Below are positions 1 to 6,855 of a stretch of 12,007 bases of DNA, piece by piece. Numbering within the stretch: position 1 is the first letter of the stretch; the number at the start of each line of letters is the position of its first letter. The stretch is taken from assembly GCA_964342815.1 (NCBI GenBank), contig CAYFHS010000054.1, positions 1-12,007 of the forward strand, in the 5' to 3' direction. The translations under genes were made by a program, and so were the position numbers. A model generated the notes under the pieces. The model did no database searches, was not told the origin of the DNA, and was given only the letters and a program-made list of their open reading frames with translations. Origin of the DNA: an uncultured archaeon. Lineage in GTDB: Archaea; Thermoplasmatota; Penumbrarchaeia; JASLWR01.

Positions 1-179
1 CTGACTTCTTGGTAAAGACGTGCCAGAATGGGACGGCTTTACACGTAAAGTCAGGAACATTTGGACTGACTTCTTGGTAAAGACGTGCCAGAATGGGACG
101 GCTTTACACGTAAAGTCAGGAACATTTGGACTGACTTCTTGGTAAAGTTGAACCAGAATGGGACGGCTTTACACGTAAA
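1..179. repeat. 65-bp tandem repeat, ~2.75 copies, probably truncated by the window start
   Basis: Unit ctgacttcttggtaaagacgtgccagaatgggacggctttacacgtaaagtcaggaacatttgga is identical at 1-65 and 66-130. The third copy (131-179) has ttgaa in place of acgtg and ends after ...acacgtaaa. The length is not a multiple of 3 and there are no unique spacers. Confidence 0.97.
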
Positions 180-210
180 TGCGTGAAAAATCTTTTTGAA
201 ATCTAACAAA

Positions 211-267
211 AAAGATTATATACTACTATGCAGTTTACACTACTGTAAAGTGTGCAGTATTGTGCAG
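211..267 (+). promoter_or_regulatory. Archaeal-type promoter (A-rich BRE plus TATA-like ttatata at 216-222) with adjacent candidate PadR operator
   Basis: aaaagattatatac lies upstream of the operon. Inverted repeat tactg-N9-cagta spans 241-259. Related 10-mers recur at 17-bp spacing: tactatgcag 224, tactgtaaag 241, tattgtgcag 258. The operator role is inferred. Confidence 0.5.
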
Positions 268-338
268 CACACCTTACCTGATTTCACCCGCCCCGGGACC
301 TCGGATCCGGGGGAACCGAAAGAATCAAGAAGGTCGAT

Positions 339-1310
339 ATGATGAATGAGAAAAACAAGCCTTTCGCAATTCTTACAGCAATTTTAATACTAGCCAGCAT
401 AGCCTGGATAGTTTCCGCGGGATATCTCGGATTCTTGGATCAGGAGACGGAAACTTTTCAGGAAACCTTCACCGTCGCGAACGGAACCGACCTTCAGGTC
501 AAAGGAAAGAACGGTGATGTTACAATAGTTGTGTGGGATGAGGAAAACATTGAGGTTACTGCTGAAAAAAGTACCTTTTTCGGGGAGTCCGAACTCAGCA
601 AGGTCGAGATAAAGGTAATCAATGGTACCGATTTCCTGGTGGAAGCCGATTACCAGGACCGATTTGCATGGGTCAGTGTGGATTTTGAAATAAAGATACC
701 GGGGAATGTGACTGTTTCCAAAGTGGATACCTCAAATGGAGGTATCACTATTACTGGAACCCGGGGGACGCTTAGCGCCAAAACAAGCAACGGAAAAATT
801 TCCATAAGAGATCACATCGGCAATATCAGCATGGACAGCAGTAACGGCGAGCTTTACACCTACGGGATCCAGGGGAACGTGGTGGGAGTGACTTCGAACG
901 GTAATATAATATACAAATATATCAACGGAACCGTATCGGCGGTGACGAGCAACGGTAAGATTATAGTCGATCATACAAAAACCGTCAGAAAATTAACCAC
1001 ATCCAATGGCAGAATCTCTGCAAACTTCCACAACGTAAGTTCGGCAGGAACCGTGATCAAGACCTCGAATGGGCGAGTGAAAGTATGGATACCCGATGAT
1101 CTGGATGCTAGGCTGATGATGGAAACAAGCAATGGCGATATAGACACCCATATCACTATCGATATTTCGGATATTTCCGAGGATGAATTCGTGGGAACAC
1201 TGGGGAAAGGTGGGCCGAAACTATCAATAATGACGAGTAATGGGGATGTTGATCTGACCGAGATTGACTATACTACTACCGGAAAGAAACCATGGGAGGT
1301 GGTGAATTGA
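339..1310 (+). CDS. Membrane-anchored DUF4097 (Toastrack / putative adhesin) beta-strand-repeat protein
   Basis: N-terminal hydrophobic helix (PFAILTAILILASIAWIVSAGYL) followed by many (T/S)SNG(K/D/R)I repeats typical of DUF4097. SD-like aaggt precedes ATGATG. Confidence 0.88.
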   Translation: MMNEKNKPFAILTAILILASIAWIVSAGYLGFLDQETETFQETFTVANGTDLQVKGKNGDVTIVVWDEENIEVTAEKSTFFGESELSKVEIKVINGTDFLVEADYQDRFAWVSVDFEIKIPGNVTVSKVDTSNGGITITGTRGTLSAKTSNGKISIRDHIGNISMDSSNGELYTYGIQGNVVGVTSNGNIIYKYINGTVSAVTSNGKIIVDHTKTVRKLTTSNGRISANFHNVSSAGTVIKTSNGRVKVWIPDDLDARLMMETSNGDIDTHITIDISDISEDEFVGTLGKGGPKLSIMTSNGDVDLTEIDYTTTGKKPWEVVN

Positions 1311-1786
1311 TCGGAACGAATATAAATTCCAAAGGTAAGAGGAATATGGGAGTATTGACCTTACCCGGGCGGAAATTGATGATGACGGGATTGATCGGCA
1401 TGGTTCATGCGGGAGTCCCTGGTGAAATTAGGGACAAGAAGTTCGAAAAGGACATTATAACTGGTCTTATCTCACTAATACTACTTGCCATCACGGCTAA
1501 ATCCAAACAGCCCATGTACGGCTACCAGATAGCGCAGCAGATGAAGGGAGACCGTGCATCGGACATAGAATTGAAACAGGGAACGATTTATCCGGTACTT
1601 CGAACCATGGAGAAAAAGGGGCTTTTCAAAAGCGAGATCAAGGCGTCCGAATCGGGTCCACCAAGAAAGTACTATCATATTACTGGAAAAGGACGAAAAA
1701 AACTGAAAGTATGGACCGAAACCTGGAACCGTACCAAACGATTCACTGATCTAATACTGGAGGGAAAGACAAATGGCCGGAGATAA
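1307..1786 (+). CDS. PadR-family winged-helix transcriptional regulator
   Basis: Motifs PMYGYQIAQQM, LKQGTIYPVLRTMEKKGL, GPPRKYYHITGKG and WTETW. The start is uncertain. TTG at 1307 follows GGAGGTG (1295-1301) and overlaps the upstream stop as TTGA. ATG at 1346 or 1400 are alternatives. Confidence 0.93.
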   Translation: MIGTNINSKGKRNMGVLTLPGRKLMMTGLIGMVHAGVPGEIRDKKFEKDIITGLISLILLAITAKSKQPMYGYQIAQQMKGDRASDIELKQGTIYPVLRTMEKKGLFKSEIKASESGPPRKYYHITGKGRKKLKVWTETWNRTKRFTDLILEGKTNGRR

Positions 1787-2660
1787 GCTTATCAAGGATT
1801 ATGTAAAAAAGCTTGAAAAGGTGCTGGTAAAAGCAGATCCCGCTTTGGTGGCGGACGCTATCGATGACGCCGAGGAACATTTGACGTTGATGGCGGGAGA
1901 CCTGATCTCAGATAGAAAGTGTTCGAACCGGGAGAAGGCGGTCAAGCTGGCGATTCGCCAGTATGGTTCACCAAAGGTAGTGGCCGCCGAATACCTTAAG
2001 CAGGATACTTCCTTTAAAAGGAAACAACGAAATAAAAAGGAAAAACGGCGGGAACGATCTCTGATTAAGCGTACATTCGGGCCTTATACCGAAGGGAGAA
2101 CATATAAGAACATGCTTTATCTTTTCCTCATGTTCCCTTTGGGAATTATTTATTTTACTTACATAATCACAGGTATTTCATTGAGTCTCGGTCTCATTGT
2201 GACCATAATCGGCATTCCGCTGCTGATCCTTTTCCTGATGAGCATAAAGGGCATCGCATGGTTCCAGGGACGGCTCACTGAATCGCTGCTGGGAATTCGC
2301 AAGCCAAGAAAGAGAAGAAAACACCGAGCTGCTGGAACCAAGTGGCAGAGGCTGAAGATCAACTTGAAGAACCCTCGCTTGTACTCGTCGATGCTGTGTC
2401 TTTTCCTAATGTACCCCCTGGGAATTATTTATTTTACGGTTATCATTACCTTTTTGGCAGTCTCCCTGGGTCTTATCTCCACACCGATATTGTACCTTTT
2501 GAGCCAGAACGTGTCTGTTCCCGTACTCCCGGCTCCGCTGTGGTTCCAATTGATTACAATGGTTCTGGGCCTCGTTATGGCAAGCTGGTCCCTTCATCTG
2601 GTTAATATCATGGCGAGACTGCATGGTAGAATGACCAAGAAACTTCTGCTGGGGAGATGA
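1773..2660 (+). CDS. HAAS/DUF1700-like N-terminal domain plus multi-TM 'putative sensor' membrane domain
   Basis: The N-terminus (IKDYVKKLEKVL...DAIDDAEEHL...AIRQYGSPKVVAAEY) matches the HAAS/DUF1700 pattern. The C-terminal part has two related LFLMxPLGIIYFT TM repeats. The gene overlaps the padR stop and has SD ggagg. Confidence 0.82.
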   Translation: MAGDKLIKDYVKKLEKVLVKADPALVADAIDDAEEHLTLMAGDLISDRKCSNREKAVKLAIRQYGSPKVVAAEYLKQDTSFKRKQRNKKEKRRERSLIKRTFGPYTEGRTYKNMLYLFLMFPLGIIYFTYIITGISLSLGLIVTIIGIPLLILFLMSIKGIAWFQGRLTESLLGIRKPRKRRKHRAAGTKWQRLKINLKNPRLYSSMLCLFLMYPLGIIYFTVIITFLAVSLGLISTPILYLLSQNVSVPVLPAPLWFQLITMVLGLVMASWSLHLVNIMARLHGRMTKKLLLGR

Positions 2661-2998
2661 GGAAAGGGTAATCCGTGAATGGGATCGTGTATATGTAATA
2701 GTAGTGAGGCTCACGTCAGAACTCATGTTTTTTAAGGGCCATGGTGTGAGCCGGGCTATTGTTTTAATGATTCGTAAAAAGTCCATGTGTCTCAGAATTA
2801 GGTTGGATGTTCATAATTCTATCGACAAATGTCCGTTTTAATGAAGGATAAATGTTCAGGGCTCCGCAACTAACCATTAATATTTTGTAAAAACATACGT
2901 TAATAACCGAAATAAATTAATAATCGAATCGCCCTGTTTTATCATGGTTGGCGCTCCGTTTCAGACTGAAGCATGGGAGCGGGGCCGGAAGTGATAGA

Positions 2999-3928
2999 AT
3001 GATTTGGTGTAGGATTCGACTTTATTTACCCGTCATAGGGGCTTTGATTCTACTTTTCATCATCTACTTTTCGGTTAATTCTTCGGGGGCACAGGTGGAA
3101 GCGTCATTATCTCTCGATAGTTCGGAAGAAGAGGCTTCTGTCGGCCCGGGAGAACCCGGGATGGTTCGTTTCACGGGAGTTCTGACATGCAATATTAGCG
3201 GAATCGGTCAGAATACGCAAACCATAAACGTACAATTGTCGGCAAAAGCCGGTGAGTGGCCGGTCAGCGTTACAAATGATATCGAGATCGAACCCGATGA
3301 TGAAAAAACGGTTCCCATTGAGGCAATAGTTAGAGTACCGAATTTTACTTCCTCCACCGAAACCGGTAAATTGGTAATTTCCGGTGTGGCCACTCTGGAT
3401 CCAGGAGGGCAAACCTATCAAATAGAACCGGTTGAAGGCGAAATAATTATTAACCCATATTATTTGCTTAGCTTAAATTGCCTTGAACCGTATCTCGAAG
3501 CAGATGGAGGGGAAACCGTTTTTTTCCGTTTAACCGTGACAAATAACGGAAACATTGACACAACCGTTTTGATATCCATCTACAATGAAGACAAACTTAA
3601 TGAACGGGGATTCGAGATCGAACTATCGGATGAAGAGGTCTTCATCATTGAGGGTGGTATGGCCGACATTCAGATCACGGTAGAGCTAACGGATACAGAC
3701 AAGGAAGAACTAAATAATTTGCAGGTCAAGGTAAAAGCGACTATACCGGATGACACGTATAGGCCTGAACTACAATACTATGAATTCTATGTAAGGATAA
3801 AGCCTGGTGGTGTATATTATTTAATCGATCAATGGATTTACATAATTGTGGTGATTGGGATTATTAGCTTTATTTCCCTTGGCATTTTTATACTAAGAAA
3901 AAAGACGAGGGCACGAAGGAGAAAATGA
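2999..3928 (+). CDS. Cell-surface beta-sandwich protein with N-terminal signal/TM and C-terminal TM anchor (resembles archaeal choice-of-anchor T family)
   Basis: Hydrophobic N-terminus, acidic beta-rich ectodomain (VGPGEPGMVRFTGVLTC...AGEWPVSV; LTVTNNGNIDT is CARDB-like), C-terminal TM and basic tail RKKTRARRRK. The ORF is open from TTG 2948, but ATG 2999 has ggaagtga upstream. The family name is from recall only. Confidence 0.65.
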   Translation: MIWCRIRLYLPVIGALILLFIIYFSVNSSGAQVEASLSLDSSEEEASVGPGEPGMVRFTGVLTCNISGIGQNTQTINVQLSAKAGEWPVSVTNDIEIEPDDEKTVPIEAIVRVPNFTSSTETGKLVISGVATLDPGGQTYQIEPVEGEIIINPYYLLSLNCLEPYLEADGGETVFFRLTVTNNGNIDTTVLISIYNEDKLNERGFEIELSDEEVFIIEGGMADIQITVELTDTDKEELNNLQVKVKATIPDDTYRPELQYYEFYVRIKPGGVYYLIDQWIYIIVVIGIISFISLGIFILRKKTRARRRK

Positions 3929-4074
3929 GCCTTCTCTGTTCTATGATCATGGGGCCAATTTACTAACGACAAATGTTCTTTCGAAATTTGTACGTAAAAC
4001 CATTTTTTCTAATATAACCAATATGATATAGAGATAGTAAGCCTGAGAATAAAGGCAAGTGAGTGAGATAAACG

Positions 4075-4385
4075 TTGGATTCACATGAGGACGCAATACA
4101 AGGAGCAGAAAGTTCGGTGGATGGATTACTCTGCAGAACGGAGGAAGTACAGTACCGCGTGGGGATTTATAAAAATAAATGTAAGTTGGATGAAAAGGTT
4201 ACTCCCCATTGTTGCAGGCACTGGTTCACCACACATTTGAGGAGGGCAGAGATGCAACAGGACTAATCAAGTGGCTGAGGGGCGATACCTTGAATCAGAC
4301 TATGGATATTTACAACAGGATTGATGAAGGGGATGTGAAGGAGAGCTATTTGAGATGTGTGCCGAGGTTGATGACATCATTATGA
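4075..4385 (+). pseudogene. Tyrosine recombinase/integrase C-terminal remnant, frameshifted
   Basis: One frame reads RVGIYKNKCKLDEKVTPHCCRHWFTTHLRRAEM (HxxR box) and stops at 4264-4266. The -1 frame from 4263 reads LIKWLRGDTLNQTMDIYNRIDEGDVKESYLRCVPRLMTSL*, with the catalytic Tyr at 4311-4313. The N-terminal two-thirds of the enzyme is absent. Confidence 0.9.
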
Positions 4386-4579
4386 TTAATAATTAAAACA
4401 TCCCTCCACCTCAATAATTATTACACAGAATAACATCAGACAAGTTACTATTATTTTCACTTTTTGAGGCTTTGTATGGTTTTCTATTTTCTCTAATAAC
4501 ATAGGGATATAAATACCGTATCTAACACTGAAAATCCCAATTAAAGCAAGGAGGATATTCATATTAAGATATAATTATC

Positions 4580-4936
4580 TTATTTTGAATATCTATTAAT
4601 TAAGTACTGTTCGAGATGCTTTGGCGCCTCTTCAACCATTATATTTGTAATTTCTTCAATAAATTCTTCAAATTTCTCATTAACCTCTGTTGCAAATACT
4701 TTTCCTTTACCTCGGTCTCGGGTTAATAGCCCTACCCTCTCAAGATTATTTATTCTTTTCTCGGTGGGTCCTCTACTAAGTCCTATTTCATCAGCAATTT
4801 TATCGATTGTAAGTTCCTTCTCTAATAGTTCAAGAATTTGATAATTCGTATCATCACTCCATTCATGAAAAGTCTTAAGAGCTAACATCTTTAATATTTT
4901 TTTTAATTCTTTTTTCTTTATCATTTGTTTACACAC
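4580..4936 (-). CDS. ArsR/SmtB-like winged-helix DNA-binding protein
   Basis: NYQILELLEKELTIDKIADEIGLSRGPTEKRINNLERVGLLTRDRGKG fits the wHTH pattern. The start may be the second Met (4924). Confidence 0.8.
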   Translation of the reverse strand: MCKQMIKKKELKKILKMLALKTFHEWSDDTNYQILELLEKELTIDKIADEIGLSRGPTEKRINNLERVGLLTRDRGKGKVFATEVNEKFEEFIEEITNIMVEEAPKHLEQYLINRYSK

Positions 4937-5209
4937 ACTCCATTTATTTGTTTCGATATATTCTACTCTATTTCACTAGCTGGCCTTGATGCAGAACTCT
5001 TAACTCGACATCTACAATGCCTCAATTTGGGAAAAATTTCACTCTTTGAAACAGTGACTTCCTATGGAGATTTGAGTTTTGCATCAAAGCCTACCATTAG
5101 TTTATCATTTACCAATGATTCCTTTTCATTATTTCTTACTAGTTCATGAGTTTCCCTCCAGAGGAGAATGATATACTCAGATTAAGATAAGTTGAATATC
5201 TTGAGTAAT

Positions 5210-5368
5210 TCAACTATTCTTGTTCTGAAATATCTTTTTAAGGGCCTTGACCCATTTTTTCACCCACCCTTTCAGGCGGTTCCGAGTTCTCCTTGAGCGT
5301 ATTGCTCTGGCTATCAGCCTTGCGACCTTTAGCCCAGTCACTATATCTTCTAGTTCCAGATCTTCCAT
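5210..5368 (-). CDS. 52-aa hypothetical peptide with acidic N-terminus and cationic amphipathic C-terminus
   Basis: Manual translation: MEDLELEDIVTGLKVARLIARAIRSRRTRNRLKGWVKKWVKALKKIFQNKNS*. Purine-rich agggacgga lies upstream. It competes with the overlapping 5238..5450 ORF in another frame. Confidence 0.45.
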   Translation of the reverse strand: MEDLELEDIVTGLKVARLIARAIRSRRTRNRLKGWVKKWVKALKKIFQNKNS

Positions 5369-5400
5369 TTGTATCCGTCCCTATTAATGGTCTACCTTTT

Positions 5401-5418
5401 AGGCCCGTATATGGGCCT
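5401..5418. repeat. 18-bp near-perfect palindrome aggcccgtatatgggcct
   Basis: Read directly. One non-complementary (G/T) pair. Located about 30-50 nt upstream of the 5368 ATG. Confidence 0.8.
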
Positions 5419-5495
5419 TTCTGCCGTAAAATCCTGTTTTGTTGCTCCATCTGATTCCTCCCGTATTGCCCTTTATTGATGTGGATTCAAAAACC

Positions 5496-5524
5496 ATTCT
5501 AGCAAGAGGGCAACTTGCTAGAAT
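5496..5524. repeat. Perfect 11-7-11 inverted repeat attctagcaag-agggcaa-cttgctagaat
   Basis: Arms at 5496-5506 and 5514-5524 are exact reverse complements. Confidence 0.9.
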
Positions 5525-5779
5525 CCAAACAAATTCTAGAAATAATCGAACTCTGAAATATAAATTCACATACATAGGTGCACGTTTATTTCCCTTCCGA
5601 AGACGCTTAAACATCTTTATCAGCTCGGTATAGGTTATACATATCTCTTTTATTATTTATAAATAACTGCAATGTTCACATAATTGAATATCGCATATTC
5701 AGATAATTGAACAATATTAATCTCCCTAGAATTAGATACTTTCCAAGCAGTTCCATATCATGAAAAACCTTCCTTTTCA

Positions 5780-5950
5780 CTATCTAGAGAGCACTTCCCA
5801 GGCACCGTTAACCTTCTGCATAAAGAAGGTTGACTTCTCCTTGTCGGTCTGCCACCTATCCGGGTGATACATCATGATGATTTGTTTCCAGATTTTCCCA
5901 ATCTCGTTCTTGCTTGAGCTTGGACCAATACGTAAGAACGCTTTTCTTTG
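5780..5950 (-). pseudogene. J-domain (DnaJ-domain) fragment lacking a start codon
   Basis: Manual translation: QRKAFLRIGPSSSKNEIGKIWKQIIMMYHPDRWQTDKEKSTFFMQKVNGAWEVLSR*. HPD is at 5866-5858 with the J-domain helix pattern. An in-frame stop lies immediately upstream (5951-5953). Confidence 0.85.
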
Positions 5951-6101
5951 CTAGAGATATTAGGTCAAATCAGATGAATCCTAACCATAGGAAGAGTGGT
6001 TCTACGAAGAAGAAATAGTCGATGAAACAAGGCGAAATATACTTCGAGTTGTTAATAATATACTGGAAAGGTATAAATAAACCCAACTCTATTATACTGT
6101 C

Positions 6102-6174
6102 ATTCCGCGGAATCCCGCCTGTCACCTCCTTACCAGGGAGGCCCACGGGCGGGTGATTTTGATATATAGGGGAG
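6102..6174 (+). promoter_or_regulatory. GC-rich structured region, candidate 5' leader of the 6181 gene
   Basis: 12-bp palindrome attccgcggaat (6102-6113). 9-bp stem 6114-6122/6145-6153 encloses a 7-bp stem 6125-6131/6135-6141. TATA-like tataaata at 6072-6079 and SD ggggag at 6169-6174. Confidence 0.45.
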
Positions 6175-6180
6175 TTCGAT

Positions 6181-6798
6181 ATGAAGGAAGAACATGTCCA
6201 ACTAGGGAAATTACCAAAAGAATTGGTAGATCAGTTTGATGAAATAAGAGGCGACGAACCAAGAATAGCTGTCCTGAGACAGTTAATGGAAGATTACGTA
6301 TCAAGAAAATCGGGGAAAGTAAATGGACGAAGAATAAAAGATGAAGTAATGATTTCTGTAGAAAATTGGATGATAAACCAAGTTCAATTTGAAACATATG
6401 TAGATATTAGTATTACTCTGACAAACAAATCGAAGAAGGAAATATATCTTGATAGGATATTGTATGAACTGAATATACAAATCGATAACTGGTCCTTATG
6501 GTTAGGTGAAGCAGTTTATCTTAGGAAAGAAAAAATACTCCCAAACACTCCCCATACAGTGAAATTGGCATATCGTTTTTCCGATAGAATGTTCACAAAG
6601 ATTAATCAGAAGATGAACGACGCAAATGCTATTATTTTTTACTTAAGAGGCGACTTGTATGGTGTCGGAGATTTCCCTCCATTTAATACAAGATTTGATG
6701 GTAGTATAAGAATAGCACAAAGCGATTGGAATATAGATTGGATTGAACGGCTTAAGAAACTTCGCGTATTTGATGAGGATATTCAAGAGAGTATGTAA
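6181..6798 (+). CDS. Hypothetical protein: N-terminal ribbon-helix-helix (CopG-like) fused to a LEA_2/WHy-like beta-sandwich
   Basis: HVQLGKLPKELVDQFDEIRGDEPRIAVLRQLMEDYV has the RHH strand-helix-turn-helix pattern. VDISITLTNKSKKEIYLDRILYELNI resembles LEA_2. SD ggggag. The ORF is well supported; the domain calls are pattern-based. Confidence 0.6.
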   Translation: MKEEHVQLGKLPKELVDQFDEIRGDEPRIAVLRQLMEDYVSRKSGKVNGRRIKDEVMISVENWMINQVQFETYVDISITLTNKSKKEIYLDRILYELNIQIDNWSLWLGEAVYLRKEKILPNTPHTVKLAYRFSDRMFTKINQKMNDANAIIFYLRGDLYGVGDFPPFNTRFDGSIRIAQSDWNIDWIERLKKLRVFDEDIQESM

Positions 6799-6855
6799 AT
6801 CTAACTGTGTGGTAGTGTAATCTCAACTGTGTAAATGGTCCTCTAGTATTTCGTT

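Noticed and set aside
1-179. CRISPR array
   Set aside because: The units are contiguous identical 65-mers with no unique spacers, and no cas genes are in the window.
2708-2752. Inverted repeat ggctcac...gtgagcc as a terminator
   Set aside because: Only 7-bp arms with a 31-nt loop and no adjacent U-tract.
2823-3976. Direct repeat cgacaaatgt (2823-2832, 3967-3976) flanking the surface-protein gene as a target duplication
   Set aside because: 10-mer matches are expected many times by chance in 12 kb.
4007-4034. Xer dif-like site ttctaatataa-ccaata-tgatatagaga before the integrase remnant
   Set aside because: Only 6 of 11 arm positions are complementary in AT-rich DNA, which is not distinguishable from chance.
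5320-5345. Retron reverse-transcriptase VTG motif (IVTGLKV)
   Set aside because: It lies 10 codons into a small ORF with in-frame stops just upstream, and there is no YADD or other RT motif nearby.
5399-5633. ORFs 5399..5614(-), 5439..5633(+) and 4925..5149(+) as genes
   Set aside because: They have no recognisable motifs and overlap each other or palindromes. They may be decayed coding DNA but cannot be assigned.
6099-6116. REP/dRS3-like repeat (gtcattcc..ggaatcc)
   Set aside because: Single copy, the central part is missing, and no RAYT/transposase is nearby.
6121-6131. 16S rRNA 3' end (tcacctcctt)
   Set aside because: The flanking sequence has no rRNA similarity. It is treated instead as a possible anti-SD element.
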